A stretch of 63,198 nt of DNA, counting the filler, from Octopus bimaculoides (lineage: Eukaryota), in NCBI RefSeq assembly GCF_001194135.2. It is 8 parts of 6 records of this genome, joined end to end, with 100 filler letters (N's around TTAATTAATTAA, not from the genome) between each part and the next. Parts side by side here need not be neighbours in the genome. Positions count along the whole stretch, not along the records: positions 38,088 to 54,522 come from NC_068983.1; 7 more parts are not named here. One strand, given 5' to 3'. Below the pieces are notes generated by a model, which had not been told where the DNA came from, ran no database searches, and saw nothing but the letters and a program-made list of their open reading frames with translations. The position numbers and the translations under genes are program-made. Within the stretch, counting starts at the first letter, position 1; every line of letters begins with the position of its first letter. Positions 38,129-52,419 of the stretch are shown piece after piece.

Positions 38129-41110
38129 ATGTATGTATGTATCTATGTATGTATATATACTAGACTACATGTAACCCGTTGTGTCACCTGGAGAGTCTGA
38201 GTTCCTCAGCCATGGAGTTTTGTTTCGTGTTTTTGTTTCTTTTCCAGGTTATTTCACATACTTTCAACGAATATGACATTGAAATCACGCGTAATCAGCT
38301 TCTCTCCCCGGAGAATGAAAGATTTGGCTTCTTTTTCTTGTACGTCCTGCCACAGGTAACAGGTATTTCCGTTACTTTATCGCAAATACCTGTTATGCGG
38401 TACCAGGGCGTTATAGAAATACAAGCCAAATATTTGGAGGTGAGTTACGGTGAATAAAATCCATTAGCTCGTGCTAATGTTTATATGTGTGGACGTATTT
38501 ATTCATTTATTTCTATTTTAAAACTTTTACTAATATAAAGTTGTATCTAACATAATGGATTTACATAAATGCATAAATGTAACGTATGTTCAAATATTTG
38601 TGATATGTAATGTAAAATTCGTTCAAAATGATACCGATATAATCTGTACTCTTTATTCGTAATTACTATAATACATATCTTCAGATGGTTGTATTTCTCT
38701 GTTGAATCTCGAACTTTCTTATTTATTACTAAATACTGAGATAAATAGAAAATTTATATATACATATATACAGAAATATTTTTGTTTAGATTTAAGGAAT
38801 GGGATTATGAGTAAGTAAAAGTTTACTGAGACAAGGATCAGTAAATAAAAAAATTGAAAGTGAGGGACGGCCACTTGATTATGTGAAATGAGAGAATAGA
38901 TTTTGCATTCATCGAAGTTGATAATGTGAGGGAGAATTTTAACTTGGGTAAATACTTTATTGTGGGATCAATTTGTGTGAGGAGGGGTGCATTTTTGTAA
39001 TACATTGATTTAGAATGTCATCCTCATACGCTTGTATTCTTGTGTATGCGTGTGTTTTTATGTGATTGTTTCATATTCGAATGTATGTGAGTGTGTGTGG
39101 AAAAGGTAAAATTATTCAATACCTTCACGTAAATTCAAAAGATATTAATTCTTCATCTTTCCCGAGACCTCGTGCATTTATATGATAATTTCTAATTGTA
39201 TTTTAGAAATCCTATTTATACAATTTACTCCATATACCAAATTGAATTATATAAATTATATATTTCAGATTGTGTAATTAAGAACTTTACCAAAAATATT
39301 TTCTAAACAAATTTTAGCATCCCTTCATGTTTTATAAAAATTTAAAAACGCAGATGTATAAATGTCAATAAATGACAACGTATTCACACGTAAACAAATT
39401 TTCGCTCATGAAAATGATGTATCCACCCTTGAAACTATGCACATTCATGCACATAGATCCTCAGTCAATTGATTTTAAATTTTGGCACAAGGCTAGCAAT
39501 TTTGGCTTTGTGAGCGGGGAAGTCGATTACATAGACGCAAATGAGCAACAAGTAGTTATTTTTCGACCCGAAAACCATGAACGAGAAAGCCACCTGGCAG
39601 AATTTTAACTCAGAACGTGAGGACAGGCGAAATGCTGTTAAGTATTTTTGCTCGGAATGCTAACGATTCTGTCAGGTTGTCGCTTAAACTGACTCCCAGT
39701 AACTTAAACAATAATTCTTCTATGTATTCATATACCAAAAATCATTCTGTCTCCAATCACTAATTTAAGTAATTCTTTTAATTTATTCTTTGTTTAGAAA
39801 CAAAAAATTGCTAATTTTCTCTTTCTAATTGAATATCTCTTACTATTTCATATAACCGCTTTCACTTCTTTCTTAAATGAAAGTTTTCATTCTCCTATTT
39901 TAAAACCCATACACACGAAAGTTATCAGTACCGGTTGAATAGACAGATATGCAAAACTTGAAGTCTCTGTCAAAATTAATATTATATATTAAGATGTTCT
40001 TTTCGCGTGACTGGTGGCAAATTCTTCCCTTTGTAAAATGTGAGAGAAATTATAAAATTTTTCGAGAGTTCTTTGTTTAGGGAATATTCAGATCTGTGAC
40101 TTTTCAGTTACATGCGCAATCAAGTCAGAAAGCGGCAATGACGAATTGTTGATGCAATTTCTCTCTTCTATTGACGAGCGAAAACAGCCATACAGAACAT
40201 ATTACCGTTAATCTTACATATTCTGCATCAAAACTGAAAAGCTTGTTTACCTATATTTTTTGAGACTATATTAAGAAAGAAATATGAATATATGTATTTG
40301 TTACTCAAATGTGAATTTTTATCAGTAGCGTTCATAATTTTAATAACCTTATTATTATTTAATGATGGCTGAAATCAAGAAATATTTTAGTTGTGACATT
40401 ACACGATAGCCAATATTCTAGAAGAAATGTGTTGCAGTGGGATTATTCAACAGGGATTAATTCTAAAAGAGAGACCATCCATTGTAGTCCTTCAAATATT
40501 TACTACGAAGTTTATTAAAAGCCACGATAGTCTTAGTAGTTATGCTGTTTGCTCGAACAACTTATTTATTCAGACTATGTCTGAGAAAACCCCTAATCAC
40601 TCGCTAGCGTTCCCAATAAAAAAAAAAGCAACTGCAGTTAAAATATTCACTGTCGATAAGAAACGATTTCAAATGATTTTGAACGTTGGAGACTACATGG
40701 GGAAATATGGAGTCTACTTTTGTGTTCAGCTGTATGTAACTCTCTCTTAGTAGCAATTAAATAAGAACCGAACTTATAAAAAAATGAAGAACACAAATTT
40801 ACATTTAAAGTCACTAAAGTTTGAGGAAATATTAGCAATTTTGTATAGATGTACATAATCGATATTTCAGTAGATTAAAGGATACATGTTAAAATGCTGT
40901 AGCATGAATTCTTTTTTCCATACACATTGGAATTTCTCATTCAGATACGATAAATATACGTGCACGGGGGCACATCCTAAAATATATAAGAGCACACGTA
41001 CACATGCACAAGCACATACGCGCAAACACATACCTTCTGTGTGTGTGTGTAGCTGTGTCTGTCAATATGCACATGCATACATATACACACTACGTACACG
41101 TTTATATATG

Positions 41111-41156
<46 letters not shown>

Positions 41157-41456
41157 CGTGTGTTTGTGTGTGTGTGGGTGCGTGTGTATGTATGTATATA
41201 TATATATAATAATAATAATAATAATCCAAAATTACAGGTAAAAAACTCAATTAAAATCAATTTAAAAAAATTAAAATTAAATTGAGCCTTATAGATAAAG
41301 TATATATAAAATATATAGTTCTAGGGAAAATAACCAATTTTCAAGAACTCATCGATGAAAATCCACTATCACATATAGAAAAATTAATAATTAAAAGGAC
41401 AATAAATGAGTATAATATAAAGTAAAGTAAATATCATAAGATAAATATAATAAAAA

Positions 41457-41570
41457 GATTACACGTGTTTCATAACCAATTTTCAAATAAAAAAGAAATT
41501 TAAATCAATTAAAATCAATTGAAATTATCGAAAATAAATTCTATTCAAAAATATAGCTACTCGTCAGATC
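41457..41570 (-). ncRNA. Type-I hammerhead ribozyme candidate with intact core, in a PLE pLTR-like repeat (41200-41606)
   Basis: GAT CTGACGA [long stem II] GAAAC ACGT GTA ATC. Confidence 0.65.
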
Positions 41571-42234
41571 GTAAGTAGAACAATAATTAGATATATATCT
41601 CAACCNNNNNNNNNNATTAATATGAAATACTAATTATATAAAGATAGAAAAATTATTAAAAAAATATCATAATATCAAAATAATAACCATTCAATAATCA
41701 TCCCTTCATCCATTATAATAACATGTATATTATATACAAAAAACATCTTACGTAAATTATCATTGTTTTAAATTATCATTGTTTTAAATACAAGTTGAAC
41801 GAAGTTTAAGTTTAAAATAATAATGAAGATAAAATTAGTACATATTTAACCGGTGTAATAGTTAAAGCTATACTATTTAAAGCTAAAGACGTTTAATTAA
41901 TTATAATTAAAGATCAATGGAATAATAGAAAAATAGAAAAATAGAAAAATACTGACGAGAAAATTAAGGCGCCTTTATTTCCAATCAATTTCAAGCAATT
42001 ACCTGCGTTCCAAAAATTTTAGTACATTCTTCGAAATGTGTAATTTCCATAATTGAAATTAAAATGAGCTAAAATTAGACATCTAAAAAGAAAGATAAGG
42101 TAGTATTTGGATTTTAAGATGTCAAAGGGAGTGCTCCGAGTCTAGTACAAAATTAAAATACAACCTTCACTTCTGGAATTACGAAACGAAAGCTGTACAA
42201 ATTGGTAACAGATAGGAACAAGATTATATGATGA

Positions 42235-43228
42235 TTTCGATATATTGGCAGTTTTGTTTCATATAATTCTTTCATTTTTCAAAATTAAGATGAACAAAGT
42301 TCTTTTTTAATCTAAAATATACACTCCTTCATTTTCTACAATGCTCTTCTATCTATCTGTTAGACTTGCAACGCACTACTTCCAACATTCACTTGTCCGT
42401 GACGAAAATACTCTTCCAATATTGTTCCGACTTCGTCAGATGGGGCATTGTCCGGCAAATATGATGGGTTGGATTTCGTCTCCCATTCAAATTGCTACAG
42501 CCTCTGGGATGTCATACTCGCTCTATGTGGCCGAGCATTTTCTTGATGGAAGAACCCCTTTCGTTTTGAAAATAAAGATGGTCATTTTTCTTATAGCCGT
42601 TCAAGCTGCTCGCGGTAGATCTCCTTTGTTATTGTTCGGTTTGGGTTTTAAAGTTGAAAATGGACTAAAGCTTTCATATACCACCAAACAGATAACAACA
42701 CCTTATGAGGATGAAGACCTTTAGCCTTGGGTACCAGTGCTTCTCCTATCCCTAGGCACTATCTTTAGCAGTTGACAGTTTTTCAGGGAAACAATTTCTC
42801 GTCACCATTATCCCCCCCCAAAAAAAAAGGTTCATTCGCGTGAGGTGACAGCAAAGAAGAGCACATATTGACTCTGCGTGCGATTAGACAAGGAAAGTTT
42901 GTGAGGAACGCTTTGACACAGTTTGTTGACTTTTTAGATTGCACGCAGGTGTCGATGAATGGTTAAATGACAAAATCCAAACTCTACAGATGTTCCAGGA
43001 CGGGGTTCATCTTCGAGACTGTAGTTTCCAGCTCGGAATTTCGGGAAACACTGTTTACATTGGCTTATGCTTATTGTCCGATCCCTATATACTGCACCAA
43101 TATTCCTCGGACGTTCCGTTGAGTTGTTGCCTTTAATGAACTCATAAAGCAAGATATGCCGAACATGTTCCTTTGTCACTTCAATTACTGCTTTGAAAAA
43201 ATAACTGTTAAAATCCAACCGAACTCTT
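42235..43228 (-). mobile_element. Mariner transposon, decayed and internally deleted
   Basis: EVTKEHVRHILLYEF...KFRAGNYSLEDEPRPG; GLHPHKVLLSVWW...; SIVENEGVYILD*; TIR-like gagttcggttggattttaacagttatt. Confidence 0.88.
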
Positions 43229-44133
43229 CAAAACTTGCTCTAAGAATAAAGACGAAGTAAAATTACTACCTGCTTCTATAGAAGATGCAGGGGTAGTTTA
43301 TTCCGTTACGCTCCGACTTTTAATCCATGCAATTGAAAAAATATTGCATTATCAATGGAATGACTCAATATATGTATACACGCATATATACGTCTATTTA
43401 TATATATATAAAACATGCATATTCATACGTATATGCACATATAGAAAATCATACAAAATAAACTTACAGACAGAAAAGTGTGGCAAGGAAATCGTTAGAG
43501 CGGATCGGACAATGAGCATCCCAAATCTGGCTGAGTATTCTGTATTATGTGGCTAAACTATCCCTGACAGTAGATCCTATCGTTTATAAGGTTCGATAAT
43601 AGCGTTTGGAACATGTGGATATTTTTATGAACAAAGATTGAATGTACGAGTGAGGTGTCATTTTAGAAATGCCAGAGGAAGAGCTGTGAAGAGAGGTGCA
43701 GACTTCCATTCACTGTAGTGACTTGCTGCACATTTCTTTTACGTTTGCAAGCGTATTTTACCGTATTCCTTAAACCATTTTCTGAATTATTTACCTGCGA
43801 ATGCATATGAATGTGTTCTTGGTCGCCTTGTGTGCTATTTGTAAAAAGTACTCCTGTAAAAGGTGTTGCATGGTTCAACCACCAGTTGTGAAACCGACAA
43901 TACCAAACCTGATTTGTAAGTAGGGTGCTGTTTTGAGCAACCGGTAGGATAAAACCAATAATTAATACGCGAGAGAAAGATCTATAGAATTTTATATATA
44001 ATGTTCACTGGATATTTTTCCTACCATGCATGTATTAGATTTGTGACTATTCTTTGGTACAGAGGTATTTTTTATTTCTATTTTTAGCGATGTAGGTGCT
44101 CATGTGGTACCTTCATGTATACATACATACATG

Positions 44134-44224
<91 letters not shown>

Positions 44225-45063
44225 NNNNNNNNNNNNNNNNNNNNNNNNNNNNNNNNNNNNNNNNNNNNNNNNNNNNNNNNNNNNNNNNNNNNNNNNNNNN
44301 NNNNNNNNNNNNNNNNNNNNNNNNNNNNNNNNNNNNNNNNNNNNNNNNNNNNNNNNNNNNNNNNNNNNNNNNNNNNNNNNNNNNNNNNNNNNNNNNNNNN
44401 NNNNNNNNNNNNNNNNNNNNNNNNNNNNNNNNNNNNNNNNNNNNNNNNNNNNNNNNNNNNNNNNNNNNNNNNNNNNNNNNNNNNNNNNNNNNNNNNNNNN
44501 NNNNNNNNNNNNNNNNNNNNNNNNNNNNNNNNNNNNNNNNNNNNNNNNNNNNNNNNNNNNNNNNNNNNNNNNNNNNNNNNNNNNNNNNNNNNNNNNNNNN
44601 NNNNNNNNNNNNNNNNNNNNNNNNNNNNNNNNNNNNNNNNNNNNNNNNNNNNNNNNNNNNNNNNNNNNNNNNNNNNNNNNNNNNNNNNNNNNNNNNNNNN
44701 NNNNNNNNNNNNNNNNNNNNNNNNNNNNNNNNNNNNNNNNNNNNNNNNNNNNNNNNNNNNNNNNNNNNNNNNNNNNNNNNNNNNNNNNNNNNNNNNNNNN
44801 NNNNNNNNNNNNNNNNNNNNNNNNNNNNNNNNNNNNNNNNNNNNNNNNNNNNNNNNNNNNNNNNNNNNNNNNNNNNNNNNNNNNNNNNNNNNNNNNNNNN
44901 NNNNNNNNNNNNNNNNNNNNNNNNNNNNNNNNNNNNNNNNNNNNNNNNNNNNNNNNNNNNNNNNNNNNNNNNNNNNNNNNNNNNNNNNNNNNNNNNNNNN
45001 NNNNNNNNNNNNNNNNNNNNNNNNNNNNNNNNNNNNNNNNNNNNNNNNNNNNNNNNNNNNNNN

Positions 45064-45141
<78 letters not shown>

Positions 45142-48100
45142 CAACTCAGTTCTAGTACAACACTATAGAAAATGTGGCTTCATTTTTTCAATGTCTCTGG
45201 AATTAAATATTACTCGGAATTCATATTACAGATTAGATACATATTCAGTTGGATATAGCGATATCAACATGTAACTAAATGTGCAGCCTTATATTATCCA
45301 CGCTGAAGAGTATGTGCACGTTGTAACTGAAACACAGGTGTTTACCGAAAGATTAGAATAAAAAGTAGAGCGGAAACACTATAACAGATCAAATTTAATG
45401 AAACCTAATATGAGTATGCTAAATATACCCGTGAAATTTACTGTGTAATTTTACTGTAAAGTCAGTATTTCCAACTAGTATAACTGGTACTTCTTGAAGT
45501 GCCTTCAACTTTTGTGATCATTTATCTAGTTTAAACTGAATTCTGTAACATTTTCGATGTTTTGTTTTCCCTGTTCAACGTCAAGGGAACTTCGTCATCT
45601 TTCCATGAAGATGTAAGCACTGTGATCAAAAGTTAATCAGTTTCCTGAAAACCGAAACACTCTGTATAATTGTCAGATGCAGGTTACTAAGTTAATAGTG
45701 TTCTTTTTCTACGTTTAAAAATGAGGATGCAAAATGATAGAATCTTGCTCATATAACTCATCAGTTTTGGCTGCATAGGACACAATTAACGTATGACATA
45801 TGGTTTCTACCTTGTAGTATTTATCTAATGGGAACCTACTTCTGTTTGACCTTAGATACCCACTTATAGAAACTGAGTTGACGATAAAACATATAGAATG
45901 ATGTAGCAGAATCGATAGTATGCTAGGCAAAACGCTTAACGGCAGATTCTACTGAGGCCGACCTTATATTTCATCCTTTCAGAATCAATAAAATAACTAC
46001 CAGTTCATCATTTTGTGTCAAATTAATCGACTTCGCACCTCACCCAAAATTGTTGGCCTTGTGCCAAAACTTGAAACGAAGAATATATATATACATATAT
46101 ATCACGCGTACATCATCGACTCTGTTTAAGAGTAATCATAACCAATATGCAGGTAAACCACTCGTTAAGGATCTACGTGCTAGACCTCAACATCAGAAAT
46201 GATCTTGCTTGTTGATGGCATAGATTCACCATAAAATCTGTTTAACAAAATTTGGCCTTCCTCTTCAAAGCAATAACTTGCTAATATCTATAAAGGGCTC
46301 ACATGAGAAATGTAAGACAACAACCGGAAAAGTTGCTTCTACTTTTCGATTGCAAACGATTTTCCGTTATTTGAAAAAATAAATATTTTACTGTACTGAC
46401 GAAATGAATTTGTTTTCGAATTCCCTTTTAACCCTAGACAACAAAATAGATTCTCTCTGAATGTTGTGTACATTCTATATTAGCCAGTGAATCTCTCGGT
46501 TTGATTGTTTCGCATTTTCTCTACGCCGGCTCTCTCTGTTAAATCGACACTTCCGTCATAAATTATGTTTTATCAATCGTCACCTAACCACACACGAAGC
46601 TGTATAGTTTTACTTACAGCCGTCGACTTGGTTCTGCACACGAGAAGAATTAACGGTATGTGAAGAAGACAAAAACTCTTTCTTCAGAACAAACATTCTT
46701 GAAAATAACTGTAAAACAAAGAAGGAAATGGCGCCGTATGCGTAGATAATGATATATTAAATATAATGTGCTATAGTGAGATATAATTTACCAAAATATA
46801 AAGAAAAACGTTTATGGAGGTGAGGTAGACATAAATTTCCAGACAAGAAAGGTTTGTTAAAGTATACGTGCAACTGTATGCTAAAGAATAAGTAAATGTA
46901 AATATGAAAGTTTACTTAGAGGCAAGTAAAAGTACAAAGTTGGTGACTACTGCGATAATAAAAGATTAATGAACGCTGTAAAGAAAGAAAATACCATATC
47001 AACAAGAAATACTTTCCACATTTTTTCAATTCATTTCATTGTTCTGCACCTTTTGTTTTATTTTAGATCTAATCTCACTATGCCGTCCTTTATTTTAGAT
47101 CAAATCTCACTATGCCATCCTTCATATTATATATCTGCGACGAAAAAAATGTTTCAAATTTGTTGGGTGAAGTCGATTAGTTTTTATGTGCTGGCTTAAA
47201 GAACGCGTACGCTTTCTTCACGAAATCGCCCATTGCATTTGACTAATCTACCCGAATTTATCAATTGCCTTTTCTTATCAATATTGGTTTCAAATTCTGG
47301 TACAAGACCAGTGAGAGGCATAAGTCCGGTTAGATCGACCCCTGTGCTCAACTGGTAATTATTTTATTCATCACGAAAAGCAAAATTCACCTCGTCAGAA
47401 TTTGAACTCATGAACGTAAGGACGGACGAAATGCTGCTAAGAATTTTACCCAGCTTGCTAACAATTCTGCCATTTTTCTGCCATTCTATTACTAATATTA
47501 ATATTCAATTTTAGGAAATGAGCTACCAGAATCAATAGCAGGTCGGACAAAATGCTTAGCGGGATTTCATCCAATTCCATGTTGTGAGTTCTATTTCCGC
47601 TGAGGTCGGTTTGGCCTTTCATCATGTAATCGACTTAACCCATCCCGCGATGTTGCTGGCATCGTGTCAAAATCTGAAACTAATATTAATTGCCATATTT
47701 ACATAGACTATAAAAGTATAGCTAATAGTCAAAATTTTGTAAAATATGTATCTTGTAAGGTTTAGTCCACTTCCGTCACACAGAGTGGCCTGATTCACTG
47801 TAGCTTTAGGCATGGAGAGAAATATGTGCTTTGCATTACTTAGGTTAGAGCGTATCATTTTAATTTCAGTTATTTCGTCATGCCTTTTTTGTCAATGCAT
47901 ATATAACACATACATAGTGTTATTGTATCATGTTACATTTGAATGCTTCTTTATCGACATTATGTATACATTTAGATGGGAAATCAAATATATGGTTTTA
48001 AAAACCGACAGACCGCCACATCATTCGAAGCAAGGATGTCTTCTAGATGTGCAGCAAGCCCGGATGCCTTTCGTTAAAATGTTGGCGGGTGTATGACTGA

Positions 48101-48299
48101 ACAAAGTCTGACGCACATTACCGAATTTGTTAAATATTAGTCTAAAATTAGGCGGCCAAATTTGGAAGTGGGCCCCTTTTATAAGGCCTGCTCAGTTGGT
48201 GTTGAATAACTAATACAAAGGACAAACTGTTTAAAGAAGTCTTTTACATTTGGTGTTCGAATGATATAGAGAGAGCCTAAAAATTCTCAGTGACGACTG

Positions 48300-48720
48300 G
48301 TTGTTTTGCTCATGTAAAGTGCAGGGACATGATTCGGAATGCGGAAAAAATACATTGTTTATCTAAATATTCCATCTGCATTGCGAACTTTTAACCACAA
48401 ACCAGACTGTCCAGTCGAGTCATCATCAAGTAACCTTGAAGACGTGCGCTTGAGTTCAGTGTCAGAAGGCAAAGACACGGAAATGATCATTAAAGTTAAT
48501 TTCCTATGTAACCATTTGGATTTCCTCCTGGAAATGCTGGGGGATATGAAAGAGGAACAAAAGTGTATTTCCTCAAGAGATATAAGACATGGAAATAGAA
48601 TATCAGGGTAGATGGAATATCATTATACTCGATATTCCCAATGCAACAGCTTTGGGAATATCCATCAAATGGCCAGAAGCGAAAGAGTGCCCGGTATAGT
48701 TTCCAAGGAAAAAGAGAGAT
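48300..48720 (+). mobile_element. Chapaev3-like (CMC) transposase C-terminal remnant
   Basis: MIIKVNFLCNHLDF...GDMKEEQ...DI.DMEIEYQGRWNII resembles the MS.K.HFL.SHLD...EQGERFHQD...YQGRW motif as I recall it. Confidence 0.55.
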
Positions 48721-51700
48721 TTTGATGTGCGCAACCTAAAATAATACTCTATTTCTCATCTTTCAAAAACATTTGTGCTTTTTTTTTATTTTGCTTAATA
48801 GAGAACCTAATTATTTTTTATTACTTTCATTTTGTCCTAACATATGTGGTTTTATCTACACATTATAGTATATCCGTTAAATTATAAGAAAAATCCTTTC
48901 CGAATGGGAAAGAGATTATTTTCTTCTATTTAAAATTAGGACCACAAAAATATATAACATTACACGCAATTATCAAAACAGTTTTCAAATGGTTCCATTT
49001 GGCAGAGCTGTATTATGTGTTCAAAAATACCTCGCCTGCTTGTTTTTCATTTGTCATTTAATTGTTGGTTTAAGTTAATAAAATTCATACGGTTCTCTTA
49101 TCGCATTTTATTCCCCATATTTGTGACGATACAAATTTAAGGGAGATAGTTAAAATATATGTCGCTACGTCTATAAATTTGTGTTGCAAGACCCTGATGT
49201 GAAATTGTGTTGAAACAGATGTATTTCGGGACGGCCTTTTTTTTTTTAATCAAATAAATACACGCACTATATATTTGTACTTCACTTGTTTATTACTGTT
49301 CTTTCTTTTTTCTAACTCATGTGCATTGTCCGGAAATCTTTTGTCACATATCTGTGACCTCTTCAGCGACACTTTTCGTATTCGTGTGTGCTCTTGCTTT
49401 ACTTCCTCCATTCTGTTCTTCTAAGATGTGTATCCTCATGTACATATACTTTTGCATCCGTGTGTCTGTGTGTGTGTGTGCGTGCATGTATGTGTATGGG
49501 TGTGTATCACTATTCTTAACAGTAGTATGGCCTTCCCCTCAGCTCAATCCTCCTACTCCATTGTGCTTCTACTGTCTTAAGACCCAAAAATTTGGTATAG
49601 TTCCTGTATCTCTCTGCGTTTGTGTGTTCACCTACGGTGTTGCCATCATTGTAGTTGTTGTTGTTGTTGTTGCCATCATTGTCACTGCCACTGCTGCTGT
49701 CGTTGTTATTTGTGATGATATTGCTGTAGCCGGCCGTGAAATTTCTTGTGTGTGTGTATGTGTGTGTGTATGGGTTCGCCTACGTAGTATATACGTCCGA
49801 AAATGATAATTGTTATAGGATATAGTGGTGTGTACGTGTGTATATATGTGAGTGTTTGTTTCTTATTAGAAAATGAACAGTTCAAAACTTTCGCTAGAGA
49901 CGGCTTATTTGAGTAAAAGACATTGGCCGTGAAAATGTCCTGTATCTGAAAAAATCTTCGTATAGATAATAGTTAACGCCGCATATATTGAATTCTTTAT
50001 TCTGTTTATAGCCGTTGTGTTGTGCATTTAAAACAAATATTTGAATAAGTACAAAATAGTGAGATACATTATATACAATTGAACACATTCATTAATAAAC
50101 TTAAATATACTTTACAAGAACGCTCACATGAAATCACTATTCTCAGCAATAATCCACGTTTCTGCTGAGTAGAGACTAGTAATGATCAATATGATTTGCA
50201 ATACTTTATTTCAAACAGGAGAGTTGCAGTCTTAACAATTCCTTAAGATTTTGACTCATTCCTGCCGGCTCTTGTTGCGTTTGAATCAAGGGAAAAGTGC
50301 TGTGCACAATATTACACAGCCTAACAGAGAACCTCAGAGCCAAACATTACCAAGCAACATATGTATCCTTTACACAAATTTTCACTAACAAACAGGATGA
50401 ATGAAAGAAGCAATTCTAACTCGCCCTATGGAAGATCGATAAAATGGTACCAGAAAAATCCTACAGATGATCGATGTTATCAACTAAAACTTCAGCAATG
50501 TCACGGTCACAATAACTGAAAACAGTTGCCAAATGAAAAGATTATTCATGCAGGGGACGTTAGTAAACATTCAACTGGATATGAAAGGAATTATGGATGT
50601 GTTACGAATAATTCTATGAATGGTATAGCAAAAGCGTATCACAGAAATACTTTTCCTTTTGAATAAATATAACAGCAAGCATTGAAGTTTATACAGATTA
50701 AACTGATCATTCGTGATAGTATATCAGGAAAGGAATAATAACTTAGAACACGTGGGCTTTAATTTAAAACCTTCATATGTATCGTAAATGCACATTCTGT
50801 TCACAAACGATCACTTTTGAAAATTTCGCAACGTCGTATTAATACAGGCTAGACGATATAAAAATGTCATAACGTTTTAAATATAAACACAGATTTTGAT
50901 ATTTTCAGTTAGTATTCCTGCCCTGTACAGTATTAATTACTCTTTTATATTTTACATCATAAAATATACGCATTCCATAAGCGATGCAGTAATAGAAATA
51001 TCTAAACATATTTGATGCGAATATAATCGTTAAATGCATAGTAATGTATCTGTACTTTTATTATCTATCCACTTTCATAATTTCTATTGAGAAATATTTT
51101 CTAAAGCAACTATATTCAGCTATAAACTATTTTCTCCGTCTACTGTGATAAAAAAAAAAACTAACATAACTATGTAGTATTTTAAATACAATAAGGAATT
51201 TTATGGAAACAAAGGAAAATGATGCAAAGCCGAACACATTCAGATAATAAAGATTGTCACTTAGCTTGCATAACTGGTCTCAATGTTATATATTATGGTG
51301 TAGTAAATAAAATGGAAACCATATATGGTAATATATTTATTCTTTGCATGCGAAAGTGTTTATATATGCCTTTGGGAAAAACAAAATTTAATATCTATTA
51401 CAAAACAGAGATCAATTTCAACGTTTACGTACGTTTTTTTTCCAGAGGTGTATGACTGTATAGTATAAGTTATATTTCAAAAAGTTTTCTTGATAGATAT
51501 GCATGCATTCGAACACACACATAAATACACAGACGCACACAGATACACGCACATACACACAGAGACATACATACATATATATAAATGTAAAATATACAAG
51601 AATAAGGGCAGAGCATCGTCAATTAATAATAGAATTAATAATTAACAATTCTGCCAAGTAGTTCAGTATGAAAAAAACCTTTATCGGTAAAACTATTTAT

Positions 51701-52419
51701 CATTATAAATATACAGGGATTAGCAATTGAGTTGCTTCTCCAACATACTGAAAATTTAGAAATAGCAGTCAAAGAACTACTGATTCCAAACTACAAATTT
51801 TTCTCTAAAATGGATGGCGATATTTATGGCACACATAGAACAAAAAACCGGAGGGAAAAGCGTAAACAAACCAGATAGGTATATATATATATATATATAT
51901 NNNNNNNNNNNNNNNNNNNNNNNNNNNNNNNNNNNNNNNNNNNNNNNNNNNNNNNNNNNNNNNNNNNNNNNNNNNNNNNNNNNNNNNNNNNNNNNNNNNN
52001 NNNNNNNNNNNNNNNNNNNNNNNNNNNNNNNNNNNNNNNNNNNNNNNNNNNNNNNNNNNNNNNNNNNNNNNNNNNNNNNNNNNNNNNNNNNNNNNNNNNN
52101 NNNNNNNNNNNNNNNNNNNNNNNNNNNNNNNNNNNNNNNNNNNNNNNNNNNNNNNNNNNNNNNNNNNNNNNNNNNNNNNNNNNNNNNNNNNNNNNNNNNN
52201 NNNNNNNNNNNNNNNNNNNNNNNNNNNNNNNNNNNNNNNNNNNNNNNNNNNNNNNNNNNNNNNNNNNNNNNNNNNNNNNNNNNNNNNNNNNNNNNNNNNN
52301 NNNNNNNNNNNNNNNNNNNNNNNNNNNNNNNNNNNNNNNNNNNNATATATATATATATATATAAATATACTCAGACACCGGGTGGGAGAGACAGAAAAAG
52401 CGAGAGACAAAGAGCTGTA

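Noticed and set aside
43663-43878. 71-aa minus-strand ORF and other 60-160-aa ORFs in unique DNA
   Set aside because: No recognisable domains; lengths are expected by chance with alternative start codons.
45303-45340. CTGAAGA...GAAAC hammerhead-like spacing
   Set aside because: Stem II pairs poorly, with no convincing stem I or cleavage triplet.
49335-49366. Minus-strand CTGAAGAG-GTCAC/GTGAC hairpin
   Set aside because: Lacks GAAA and stems I/III; probably chance.
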